Part shown: positions 41,501 through 49,689 of the stretch, piece after piece
Layout of the letters: the number at the start of each line of letters is the position of its first letter
Position numbering within the stretch: position 1 is the stretch's first letter
Origin: an uncultured archaeon
Lineage (GTDB): Archaea; Thermoplasmatota; Penumbrarchaeia; JASLWR01
Length of the DNA stretch: 64,000 nt
Reading direction: 5' to 3'
Assembly: GCA_964430885.1 (NCBI GenBank)
Contig: CAYSHM010000010.1
Span: 36,601-100,600, forward strand
Made by a program: the position numbers and the translations under genes
The notes under the pieces: model-generated
Told to the model about the DNA's origin: nothing
Seen by the model: only the letters and a program-made list of their open reading frames with translations
The model's database searches: none

Positions 41501-42047
41501 TAACGGTGTAAAGAACAAGACGGTATCATTTACTATTGTAGTGAAGAACAAGAACACCGGAAACAACAACAACGGTCAGGATACAAAGGATGAGGAAGGT
41601 GGATTGCCTGGTTGGATCCTTTATGTCATAATCGGAATCATCGCTGTGGGTCTTATTATAATCATTATAATCGTTTTAGTAGTTAAGAGGAATAAGAAGA
41701 AACAGGAGGAGTTGGAGGCACAGAAAGCAAAGGAGGAAGAGGAGAGGCGGAAGAAAGAGGAGGAGGAACAAGCGAAATTCCTCGCAGAGCAGGACGCACT
41801 TTCCAAGGATCTTGACCGGTGGAAGCGAAAGGATGTGGATTACGAGAAATTCAAAGATGTTGACACCGAGGGATGGGAAAAGGAATATCTGGAACAGATC
41901 CGGAAGGAGATGAAAGAACAGGGGGAGGTTCCCTCGGATCAAATGGTTGGGGCTGGGGAGTTTAAACTTGGAGGGGAAGCACTTCCACAATTTGGATCTT
42001 CATTGAAGATCGAATCCTTTGACGGCGAAGAAAAGAAGGAAAAATAA
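38553..42047 (+). CDS. Large surface protein: 2x LamG-like jellyroll, cadherin/Ig-like and FN3 domains, TM, charged cytoplasmic tail
   Basis: LVSYWNFDE..G, FNGTLDEVKIY and FRGTLDEIHVW (LamG); PVNDLP/PENDVP (cadherin-like); TYYWKVIP and RYYWTVIP (FN3); TM followed by an E/K-rich coiled segment. Confidence 0.85.
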   Translation: MLKRDNYRRPSTFLSILIVCLMVLSGLGLVQLISLSDANVGHVEADNARDHSGTRDEPDLVSYWNFDENSGTNAADSVGSSDGTLDLGVEGNTDPNLAWEQGIIGNGLAMDGQDDILNCGNHPSLDITQEITIIAWVNCRLEYLRPTLIAKHTDADPGYLLRWDRDKGFLFAVESSPIASRMTNLNTVKDKWYQVAATFGDDLHIYINGILADGTATGQIPAQIGTSAADLIMGGRTDDDWNFNGTLDEVKIYSRCLTSTEIKDKFAEVALRGGWTFDDGSGETLSDYSPNSNDGSISDDDADNGDGDTPPLWADSIIDGGLIFDGVDDYVEVSQDPSFDFESNEEFTISAWVKSDNEDGVIISNRDATSYFSLIFEYGYLAARYKSLSGSTLTAITNKKYNNDMWHYMAAVLERGNGGQIRLYVDGDLKASDSKGGFDGIESPKNINIGRDAHSLDNHFRGTLDEIHVWNSAYTEGQIANVYNEVLDQAQVPPSLSTPIDDIITFKEDKVGKDLINVTHHFDDLLDDSMDLNYSIERVSGDHIIATFTNFTLSFQSDEINYTGEAVFKIVAENSKQLTTYSNEFTVQIEPVNDLPIWTSAPPSISFKEDHNHTTSYKLIDYVTDAEDDELIFDLDFNDDMFNISLNEDTNIYLEAIDSDVFGEFKLNVTVIENASQDAGGRKEISFAIDPENDVPRATLTSPSAGQLSMIRNVTLEWDVSDVDDDEGNITFDLYLGKNPDPPIFKTGLDTKTFTATGLDDLSTYYWKVIPNDDEDEGICETGIRNFTVDSLADLPKVRLLTPVNASNIMEEEILLTWETVLDPRAGTLNFRVLVGNGYGNLTGKANTVDNEYLLTDLMPETRYYWTVIPYYPATGGNIEGICISGSWYFEVGDIPKYILNTEQEEVKLSIIQGEERSFNLTLINDGNRDMDISLVQLGDLPATVSFADYVQISSGDQANIVITVNINDNATLASYDFRILLNNGVKNKTVSFTIVVKNKNTGNNNNGQDTKDEEGGLPGWILYVIIGIIAVGLIIIIIIVLVVKRNKKKQEELEAQKAKEEEERRKKEEEEQAKFLAEQDALSKDLDRWKRKDVDYEKFKDVDTEGWEKEYLEQIRKEMKEQGEVPSDQMVGAGEFKLGGEALPQFGSSLKIESFDGEEKKEK

Positions 42048-42066
42048 CTACAGTTAGTAGAATTGA

Positions 42067-42117
42067 TGACAATGGAGCAGAAAGAAGAAGTAAGAAGTAG
42101 GATTTGCTCCATTGTCA
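42067..42117. terminator. Hairpin with 13-bp perfect stem between convergent genes
   Basis: TGACAATGGAGCA (42067-42079) / TGCTCCATTGTCA (42105-42117), followed by a T run on the + strand. Confidence 0.6.
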
Positions 42118-42143
42118 GATTTTTTAATCATTAATATTATTTC

Positions 42144-42440
42144 TTACAAAGCTCTGGTCCTGAGGTAAATTTTCAGGGCTTCTCGGATATAGTCTCCAAC
42201 ACTTCTTGAGGATTTAGATACTAGTTTGTTCAATCGGATAACGGTCTGTTCGGGCAGTACAACATGTACTTCTTCAGCTCCTTCCATCTCCTTATCCAGA
42301 ACTTCTAAAGCTTTTCCAAATTTTGCAATTCTGAAATCTTTCATATCGAGCATTTCATTGATCTTATCACTTAGTGCGATCTGACTATACCATCTGTCAT
42401 CAACCTTAATGGTTCTCTCATCATAATTTACCTTTGACAT
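42144..42440 (-). CDS. Small protein with C-terminal ribbon-helix-helix (CopG-like) domain
   Basis: VHVVLPEQTVIRLNKLV....RSVGDYIREALKIYL pattern; GGAGGAGTGA RBS. Confidence 0.65.
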   Translation of the reverse strand: MSKVNYDERTIKVDDRWYSQIALSDKINEMLDMKDFRIAKFGKALEVLDKEMEGAEEVHVVLPEQTVIRLNKLVSKSSRSVGDYIREALKIYLRTRAL

Positions 42441-42629
42441 ACTTCACTCCTCCGTGGTTGTAATCCCAAAATTGAAAATATCTTTGAGAAAAATCAATAG
42501 TAGCTTCGTTCACTACTTCATTTATACTATATATTTCTTTTTAAATTAATTTTCTGTGTACTACCATAAAATTAAAAGATACCTGAATTATTAAAAAGGA
42601 CTTATTACCGTGAAGGTTTAAATCAGTTT

Positions 42630-44477
42630 GTGACAAATATGCTTGATATTATGGTCGATAAAATGACTCCAGAACCAATGATAAACCTAAAAACCGGAGA
42701 TAAAATTCTGATTCATCTTCTAGAGCATCAACCAGGTCACATCGATCAGTTCAATGCTCCCATGTCTATTGCACAGGAGGGTATCGCAAAGGCCATTGGA
42801 ATTAATAGAACACACATTCCCAGATCCCTTAAGAAACTAGTCAAAAAAGGGATGATTACAGAAAAAAGGAGACATGTTCCGGGAGCTCGAAGAAAACGTA
42901 AGGTCTACTATTTGACCACTCAAGGTTTGGAGAGGGGTGAAATAACCAGAGAAAAACTGCTGAAACGTACTATTCTGGTGAAGACCGAAAATAAATATAT
43001 TGAACGAAATCTCCAGGATATATCCCGGGAGCTGCCTGATGATTATACCACACTGGACCTATGGAACAGTCTTACCTTGGTAGGCATTGTCGATACCAGC
43101 AGTCTAACCAAAGCGAGAGACCTTTCGAGGAAATATCTCATTTACCCAGATAATATACCATGGAACAAGCATTTCTACGGACGCAAGAAGGAACTTATTA
43201 CAATTAAACAGCAGTGGAAGGATGGAAGAATCCGGTTATTTGTGATAACCGGGATTGCTGGTATAGGGAAAACATCTCTGGTCATTGAAGCCATGAAAAA
43301 ACTCAAAGATTCCACCTATATATTCTACCACAGATTCAAAGAATTCGATACACTAAGGAAAATGGGTAAGAAATTTTCCAGTTTTCTTTCAGCAATAGGA
43401 TACCCAGGTCTAGATGATTATCTTGATTCCACCGTTGCCCTTGATATCAGTACTGCCTTGGAAATCGTACTGAACGATTTCAGAAATCTGGAAACCCTTG
43501 TAGTATTGGACGATTTTCATAAATGCTCAACAAGGATCAGCTCCTTTGTGAAGGAAGCGTTCAGAAAAAAGGATTACCTGGGTAATGTCAGGTTCATGAT
43601 TATTTCGAGGGAGAAACCCCTGTTATACGATCAGAAATCCGTGGTTGTTGATAAATCGGTATTCGAAATGCGCTTGGAAGGTCTTTCACCGTCCAGTTCG
43701 GAGAAGATGCTGAAAGAAAACCTGGAGGCTGAGCTGCCGGACCTGAAAACCATTCATGCCATGACCGAAGGGCACCCTCTGCTTTTGGAACTATTATCTC
43801 TGGGAGATGAAAAGGACCCCTTGAAAGGCGGAAAGATGAATATTACTAGGTATCTGGAGGACGAAGTACTCTCAGGATTAAAGGATGAAAGCAACCAGCT
43901 TCTTAGAAGAGTATCAGTGTTCAGAAGGCCCTTCAAATCAACGGCTATTAGAACTGACGACGGACCAATCGAGGGTACACTCCAATCCCTGACATATAAG
44001 AATATACTCTTGGAGGACGAAGGTTGTTTTGAAATGCATGATCTGATAAGGGACCATATCTTGGAAAGAACCCCTGAAGAGGAAAAATCATTCAATCATT
44101 TAATTGCTGCCAACTATTACAAGGATCTAAACGACTCGGAAGCATGGCTGGAGGCGACCTATCATTTCATCCAGGCTGAAGAATATGAAAGGGCCTTTGA
44201 AATGGTGAAAGAGAAAGGCGGATCCATTATGGAGAAAGAGCATTTTGAGGAGTTTCGCGAGGTTCTGGAGATTATTGATGAAAAGATTGAATCAAGAGAA
44301 GTTAAGGCACAGGTACTTCATTTCAAAGGCACAATCTATATCTACTGGCTGCTTTTCTCCCAAGCCGTGGAATGCCTGGAGGAAGCAATAGGATTGTGGG
44401 ATAATCTAGGCGAAAAGGAAAAAATGGCAGAGGCGAAGAAACTGCTTAAAAGAGCCCAGAACCATTATCTCTATTGA
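42630..44477 (+). CDS. wHTH - STAND/NB-ARC-like NTPase - TPR protein (MalT-like regulator architecture)
   Basis: QEGIAKAIGINRTHIPRSLKKL..VYYLT..G (wHTH); FYGRKKEL, ITGIAGIGKT (Walker A), VVLDDFH (Walker B), EGHPLLLEL (GxP), MHDLIR (MHD); C-terminal TPR helices. Start could be a later ATG. Confidence 0.82.
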   Translation: MTNMLDIMVDKMTPEPMINLKTGDKILIHLLEHQPGHIDQFNAPMSIAQEGIAKAIGINRTHIPRSLKKLVKKGMITEKRRHVPGARRKRKVYYLTTQGLERGEITREKLLKRTILVKTENKYIERNLQDISRELPDDYTTLDLWNSLTLVGIVDTSSLTKARDLSRKYLIYPDNIPWNKHFYGRKKELITIKQQWKDGRIRLFVITGIAGIGKTSLVIEAMKKLKDSTYIFYHRFKEFDTLRKMGKKFSSFLSAIGYPGLDDYLDSTVALDISTALEIVLNDFRNLETLVVLDDFHKCSTRISSFVKEAFRKKDYLGNVRFMIISREKPLLYDQKSVVVDKSVFEMRLEGLSPSSSEKMLKENLEAELPDLKTIHAMTEGHPLLLELLSLGDEKDPLKGGKMNITRYLEDEVLSGLKDESNQLLRRVSVFRRPFKSTAIRTDDGPIEGTLQSLTYKNILLEDEGCFEMHDLIRDHILERTPEEEKSFNHLIAANYYKDLNDSEAWLEATYHFIQAEEYERAFEMVKEKGGSIMEKEHFEEFREVLEIIDEKIESREVKAQVLHFKGTIYIYWLLFSQAVECLEEAIGLWDNLGEKEKMAEAKKLLKRAQNHYLY

Positions 44478-44644
44478 AAGGCAATAGTTCAACCCGCCAA
44501 TGACCAAATAATCCATTATCCTTGGATCATATAATAATAATAATTGCGATACAAAGATAGTAAGTATTATAACCATTAATGTTATTAAATAGAAAAATCT
44601 GGTTTAAATTTCCGAAATAACCAATAATAAAGGTGTTTGATAAT

Positions 44645-45364
44645 ATGGATCCTATTCGAAAAGCAACGGCCTTTGCTGATGATGTAGAGGAAGCACTGGG
44701 AAAGAACCATATCTGCACAGCGGTTTATGGTCCTCCAGTTGTGGGTAATTATAAGGAAGGAAAATCTAAGATACCTGTGTTCATAGCAGTGAACAATTTC
44801 GATTCGGACACGGTTCAATCCCTGACCAACGTATTCCAGAGATGGAAATCTGAGGGGATCGATATTCCTATGGTAGTTGAACTTACGGACCTGGAAGGAA
44901 TGTCCGATAGTGTACCCGATGAACTCGTTGAGGTAACAATGAACTACAAGATAGTGAGAGGAAATGACATTCTCCGCGTTCTTCCTGAAATGGATTATGA
45001 ACATGCTAGGGCCCAGGCTGAACTAGCAGTTAGAAGATATCTGCTCCTTCTTAGAAGCCAACTTTTAGAATCTTTGGGGCATCCTGAGAAACTGGAAGCC
45101 TATCTCAAATCAATGGCCTTTTACTGCCAAATTAGCATGCAGCTTTATTACAGGGTCCTTGATCAGAAGTTCAATTCTCCTGCAGAGCTCGAAGAGGAGT
45201 TCTATAAGGACTTCCCCGAGGCCAAGGAGGACTTTGAGATACTCTCAAACTACTGTTATGGAGATGGAACAAATCTCTCAAAGGAACCCCTGGAATTAAT
45301 CGCATCTACACTTAATACGTTCATGCAACCCATTTTGAAGAAGATAGACGAACTGGGTGACTGA
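44645..45364 (+). CDS. Nucleotidyltransferase-fold protein with degenerate active site
   Basis: LGKNHICTAVYGPPVVGNY..GKSKIPVFIAV aligns by eye with the hYGS....Dh.p..SDhDhhhV pattern; later IVRGNDIL; AGGTG RBS. Confidence 0.55.
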   Translation: MDPIRKATAFADDVEEALGKNHICTAVYGPPVVGNYKEGKSKIPVFIAVNNFDSDTVQSLTNVFQRWKSEGIDIPMVVELTDLEGMSDSVPDELVEVTMNYKIVRGNDILRVLPEMDYEHARAQAELAVRRYLLLLRSQLLESLGHPEKLEAYLKSMAFYCQISMQLYYRVLDQKFNSPAELEEEFYKDFPEAKEDFEILSNYCYGDGTNLSKEPLELIASTLNTFMQPILKKIDELGD

Positions 45365-45384
45365 ACGAGAGGTATTGATCTGAT

Positions 45385-45413
45385 AAAGGCCTGAAAATCT
45401 TTCGGGCCTTTTA
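45385..45413. terminator. Hairpin plus T-tract between convergent genes
   Basis: AAAGGCCTGAAA-ATC-TTTCGGGCCTTT(T) with one G-U pair. Confidence 0.6.
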
Positions 45414-45660
45414 ATTTTAATTAATTGAAATATATTATTGAATTATACCATCTTTTTATTGCGCTGTAAACACTTCCTTTTTTTTAGAAATAATTTATAG
45501 GAGATTGAGCTACATTTCGATCTCCGGTTGATCTTTTGAATAAGAAAAATCTATTTGAAATACATCAATATTAGGATGAAGTATAGACAAATTCCATATT
45601 GTTAATTTTGAAATGGATCATAATTATTATTAGATAAATTCTATGAAAGCGTATTCATAA

Positions 45661-48435
45661 TTATCCATATAAGTTCTGATAGTCCCTCTGCTGCTGTGTC
45701 TGAGCCTGCTGCTGACCATAGGGCTGCGGGTTTTGAGCTGGCTGCTGATAACCTGGCTGCTGATATGCTGGCTGCTGTTGCTGACCCCCCCCTGCCGGAG
45801 AGCCTGCTGGAATCCAGCCCTCTTGGCCGTAGGCCGGAGCCTGTTGTGGTTGTTGGGGCTGCTGCGGTTGACCACCGGGTTGTGAATCGCCACCTGCCCC
45901 TCCGCTTCCACCGCCCACTGTAAATCCTGATGGTGAACCACCGGGTTTAGCTATAGTGTATTCCTTATAGCCCTCTCCCTTGTTCTTTCTGCGTTTCAGG
46001 GCAAAGATAATAACAATTATGATGATAAATAAAATTGCGATTCCGAAAACAATAAGGATCAAAGTCACAGTGCTCATTCCTTTATCCTCTTTTTCACCCC
46101 CTCCGTTATCGTCATCATCATCATCGTCAACAATATTATACCAATCTTTGGGATACTTTGAAGGTTTATCTCCGGCAGCATCCCTTGAAAGATAAGTTAC
46201 CAGCTGGGCATCTTCTGTGGCAGTGACCTTTCTTCTGGATACCACGAAGAAATCAGCGAACTCATCATCCTCCACATCGATCATTTCCTCAAGGGGCTTC
46301 AACTCGTATGCCGGGAAATGTATCTCAAGACCGTCTCCGTCCTCAACGGTGGTATAGTTCAATGATAAGCTGAACTCGACATCCTCATCAAAAGTACATT
46401 TATACGTCAACTTACCTTGATTATAGGTGATATTCAGGAAATAATCACTGAATACCGCCTTATCAAAATTACTTTCAGTTATTTTCGGTTCGCTGAAAGG
46501 CTGCTCCAGGAGATAAAAAGAGAAATATGTATCGTCAAGATCAACGGGGTCTATAGTGACAAGCCCCATCCTGAACATGTTGTCCTTATCTACGGTGCAG
46601 TAGATGCGCTGGATGTTCATATCGGGTACTGGCTGAACCGAATAGATTGGTTGCTTGATTCCCACGGTCCTCATCTGCCCTACATCCACTCCATCCTGAT
46701 TATTGTATCCATCCTTGCTATCATCTTCAAGTATTCCATCCTCCTCATCCTCCAATCCGATGATGTAAGGTGTGGGGTCAAATCCTTCGAGTATCGGAAC
46801 CTTCAGCTGAGTATAGTTATAGGAGCCGTAACCGCTCTCGGGATTATCCCTTACTGTAAGGGTTATAGTGTATTCTCCCGCCTCATCATAATTGATCTTC
46901 CAGTTCTTGTTGTTGATATCGGTATCATTGGTAGCATTTCCATCCATGTTCCTATCCTGATCATCATAGAAATCCCAACCGTAAGTCAAATGGTCGGTCT
47001 CCCCCGCATCTATCTTTCCGTTGCCGTTTGTGTCATCATCAGGATCATAGGTGCCCTCTGCGCTGAAGGTTATATCCTCATCCGTAAAGCCGATCTCCTT
47101 ATCATCATCATAGGCGAAACTTGCCTTCACAACGGGGATGTAATTGATATATATCGGGAACGGTTCTGTTGATACAGCCCCAAACTGATCCTCGACTGTC
47201 AAGGTACCTGTATATTCTCCGCCATGCTTGAATGTATATTTACCTCCGTTTCCGGAAATGTCCTTGTCATTGGTGAAATCCCCGTCCTTATTCTTGTCAA
47301 CGGTGGAATCGATATCCCAGTAATACATCAGGTTATCCTCTTCGCTCCCGGTTATTACCTCATCGCCATTCTCGTCATCATCGGGATCGTAGGATTCCAT
47401 GGACCTGAATGGCACCTTAACACTGCCACCCAGTTCTAAATTTGCAGCCACTACGTCAGGGGCCACTGCAACAGGCTCCTCGTTCTCGACAAACCTTATA
47501 GAATAGGGGCCGCTACCGATTCGGGGTCTTACAACAATATAATACCTTCCGGTATACTGAGGCTCGAAAGTAGCCGTCTCAAGACCCTTTTCACCCTGGG
47601 AAGTGGTGATCCTGGTATCGGAATTGATAAGTCCGGGATTGTTGAGTTGATCTCGGTACTGGTAAATAGACAACTCGAAATCTACGCTTTCACTGAACTC
47701 CAGGAAAAAAACGTATGTTCGATCCATTGTAAGGTCAGCATAGAATGCATCAATTGCATCCGGAGGTACAAAACTGCTCTGAGATGAGATATCCTGCGAC
47801 AAGGGGACAACCGGTTCCACCTGTGCGCTCATGGCCCAATCGGTACCCAGGATGGAATCACCAGGCAGTTCACCGACATCGTCGCCTTCAGGTACTTCCT
47901 GAGCCCAGTCCTGTGAATCGCCATCCCAGAAATAGGAATTTGATTCGTCCTCCTTCCCTTCCACTGCTCTCAGCTGCAGGGGGAAACGGGTCATGGGTTT
48001 GAATTGGATGTTGTAATCAGTATCAACAATAAGATAATCATCCTCGCCAAAGAGAAACTGCTGGGTCTTGTCAGTACCACCATTGAAATTCGCTATTTGG
48101 TGTTCGGTCATTGCAGCTTGATCCTCTCCCAACAGACCTCTTTGAGCAACAATCTTGGCCCTGTACTGTTCATCGGAAACATTGAATGTCAGTTTTACAC
48201 CGGTTACTATCTTAGGACTCTGATAGGGATTCTCAATGTTTATACCTGCTCTTCTGAAATGCTCCTGATCCACGTAAGCAAGATCCACATGGCCCACGTA
48301 ATCAGCGTGAGGATCCATATCCGGATCGTCATCAGGGATAGTTGCCAATGAAGGCGTTATCATTACAAACAATGTGAAAAAAGATAGGATACCTATTATC
48401 AATCGGTATCTTGACATACTTCTGTTTCCTTTCAT
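45661..48435 (-). CDS. Acidic surface protein with PKD-like domains carrying Dx[DN]xDG inserts, TM anchor and Gln/Pro/Gly-rich cytoplasmic tail
   Basis: Signal peptide; PPC-like YTGRYYIVV; two SYDPDDD.NG...YxWD...TLTV repeats; TM LILIVFGIAILFIIIIVIIFAL followed by KRRK; QQPQQP tail. Confidence 0.8.
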   Translation of the reverse strand: MKGNRSMSRYRLIIGILSFFTLFVMITPSLATIPDDDPDMDPHADYVGHVDLAYVDQEHFRRAGINIENPYQSPKIVTGVKLTFNVSDEQYRAKIVAQRGLLGEDQAAMTEHQIANFNGGTDKTQQFLFGEDDYLIVDTDYNIQFKPMTRFPLQLRAVEGKEDESNSYFWDGDSQDWAQEVPEGDDVGELPGDSILGTDWAMSAQVEPVVPLSQDISSQSSFVPPDAIDAFYADLTMDRTYVFFLEFSESVDFELSIYQYRDQLNNPGLINSDTRITTSQGEKGLETATFEPQYTGRYYIVVRPRIGSGPYSIRFVENEEPVAVAPDVVAANLELGGSVKVPFRSMESYDPDDDENGDEVITGSEEDNLMYYWDIDSTVDKNKDGDFTNDKDISGNGGKYTFKHGGEYTGTLTVEDQFGAVSTEPFPIYINYIPVVKASFAYDDDKEIGFTDEDITFSAEGTYDPDDDTNGNGKIDAGETDHLTYGWDFYDDQDRNMDGNATNDTDINNKNWKINYDEAGEYTITLTVRDNPESGYGSYNYTQLKVPILEGFDPTPYIIGLEDEEDGILEDDSKDGYNNQDGVDVGQMRTVGIKQPIYSVQPVPDMNIQRIYCTVDKDNMFRMGLVTIDPVDLDDTYFSFYLLEQPFSEPKITESNFDKAVFSDYFLNITYNQGKLTYKCTFDEDVEFSLSLNYTTVEDGDGLEIHFPAYELKPLEEMIDVEDDEFADFFVVSRRKVTATEDAQLVTYLSRDAAGDKPSKYPKDWYNIVDDDDDDDNGGGEKEDKGMSTVTLILIVFGIAILFIIIIVIIFALKRRKNKGEGYKEYTIAKPGGSPSGFTVGGGSGGAGGDSQPGGQPQQPQQPQQAPAYGQEGWIPAGSPAGGGQQQQPAYQQPGYQQPAQNPQPYGQQQAQTQQQRDYQNLYG

Positions 48436-48816
48436 GATTTCCCTCTGTTTTTACTTGATCTTTCCTTAATAATATGACTGTTATCAATTAAATAAATAGT
48501 GCTTTGAGTAATTCGAAGATTCGGTCAAATAACATTCTATGGACCATCAATTCATATACATATTGTCAACGTGATCTTCATGAGATTAAGTTCAATCATC
48601 ACATCTTTGAAAGTTTTTTAATATAATAATATACTGCAGTAATGGATATTGTACATGACTATTCCGCTGATAATAAGCTTCTTTAATATAAATATTTTTA
48701 ACATCCTTATATTTTTACAAATTGTCCAGAATACCATTTTCTCAATTGGTTTCTCCTAACTGAATAACTCTTCATTAAAGTAAATGGGTCTTGGCCAATA
48801 GAATACCCTGTCAATT

Positions 48817-49659
48817 TCAAACATATGAAAAAAGAAGAAAAGCGGTATGACCAAGCATTTGGGTGGCAGGCCTTATCCGATCTCGGCCAGTATTGATATC
48901 CCTTAGGAGCAGTTCTCTACACCTTATATTACAGAAATCATTGTTCTTAAGCTCGGCTATTGTCCTTTCAAGTTGATTGTATGTTGGAATATAGAAAGCT
49001 ATACCCGAATCTGTTTTCAGGGCGTTCTTGAGAAGAGTGACTATGTTCCATGGATCGGGCATATCAACAATACAATGATGGTGTTCATCAATTCTCCTAT
49101 CTTTCAGCCATTTTTTATCAGCAAGCAATTCCTTAGCGTCTCCGATCACCATATCCCATGAGTTATCCAATTCGACGCTTGCAATATTCTTTGAAGCAAT
49201 ATCTCCGAAATCCCTGCGTTTCTCAATAGAGGTGACCTTTCCATCACCGGTGAACCAAAGCAGTACTGAAGTCATAAATCCCGATCCCACACCTACCTCC
49301 AGCACCTTGCTCCCCTCTCCAATACCCAGTTCACCTACCATGTGGACCGAATCCTTCAATGATATAACCTGGGCGCATCGCTTGTAGCTCGCAAGTATCA
49401 GAGGCAGGGTTTTCTTCCGGATCACATATTTGTGGGGGCCAACTCTTATGAGATCCCCGAATTGTTTGCCGATTATTCTTTTAGGTGAGAATACTCCCAG
49501 GCCCTTAACTGCTCTCCTCTCACCGCTGAGAGTTACAGAAATTGGTTTGGTATCATCGGAACCTGAAGGGGCTAGTATTACATTTTCGCCTGAACCGATA
49601 ATCCCCTTTGAACCATCGCGGGATCCAATAACTTCCAAATCCTGCTCTACCTTATCCAA
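48817..49659 (-). CDS. trmI: tRNA (adenine-N1)-methyltransferase, TrmI/Gcd14 family
   Basis: KRCAQVISLKD, VLEVGVGSG.MT, EKRRDF, VDMPDPW, YIPTYNQ, IRP..MLGHTAFL. Confidence 0.88.
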   Translation of the reverse strand: MDKVEQDLEVIGSRDGSKGIIGSGENVILAPSGSDDTKPISVTLSGERRAVKGLGVFSPKRIIGKQFGDLIRVGPHKYVIRKKTLPLILASYKRCAQVISLKDSVHMVGELGIGEGSKVLEVGVGSGFMTSVLLWFTGDGKVTSIEKRRDFGDIASKNIASVELDNSWDMVIGDAKELLADKKWLKDRRIDEHHHCIVDMPDPWNIVTLLKNALKTDSGIAFYIPTYNQLERTIAELKNNDFCNIRCRELLLRDINTGRDRIRPATQMLGHTAFLLFSYV

Positions 49660-49689
49660 ATTATCACCAATGGCATATAATTATCAGCC

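Noticed and set aside
42630-44477. Avs antiviral STAND system
   Set aside because: No nuclease, protease, Sir2 or TM effector, and only a short TPR region. The N-terminal wHTH fits a transcription regulator.
46417-47172. 251-aa plus-strand ORF, and similar antisense ORFs at 12312, 23505, 30458 and 53242
   Set aside because: Antisense shadows of well-supported genes, with no recognisable motifs.
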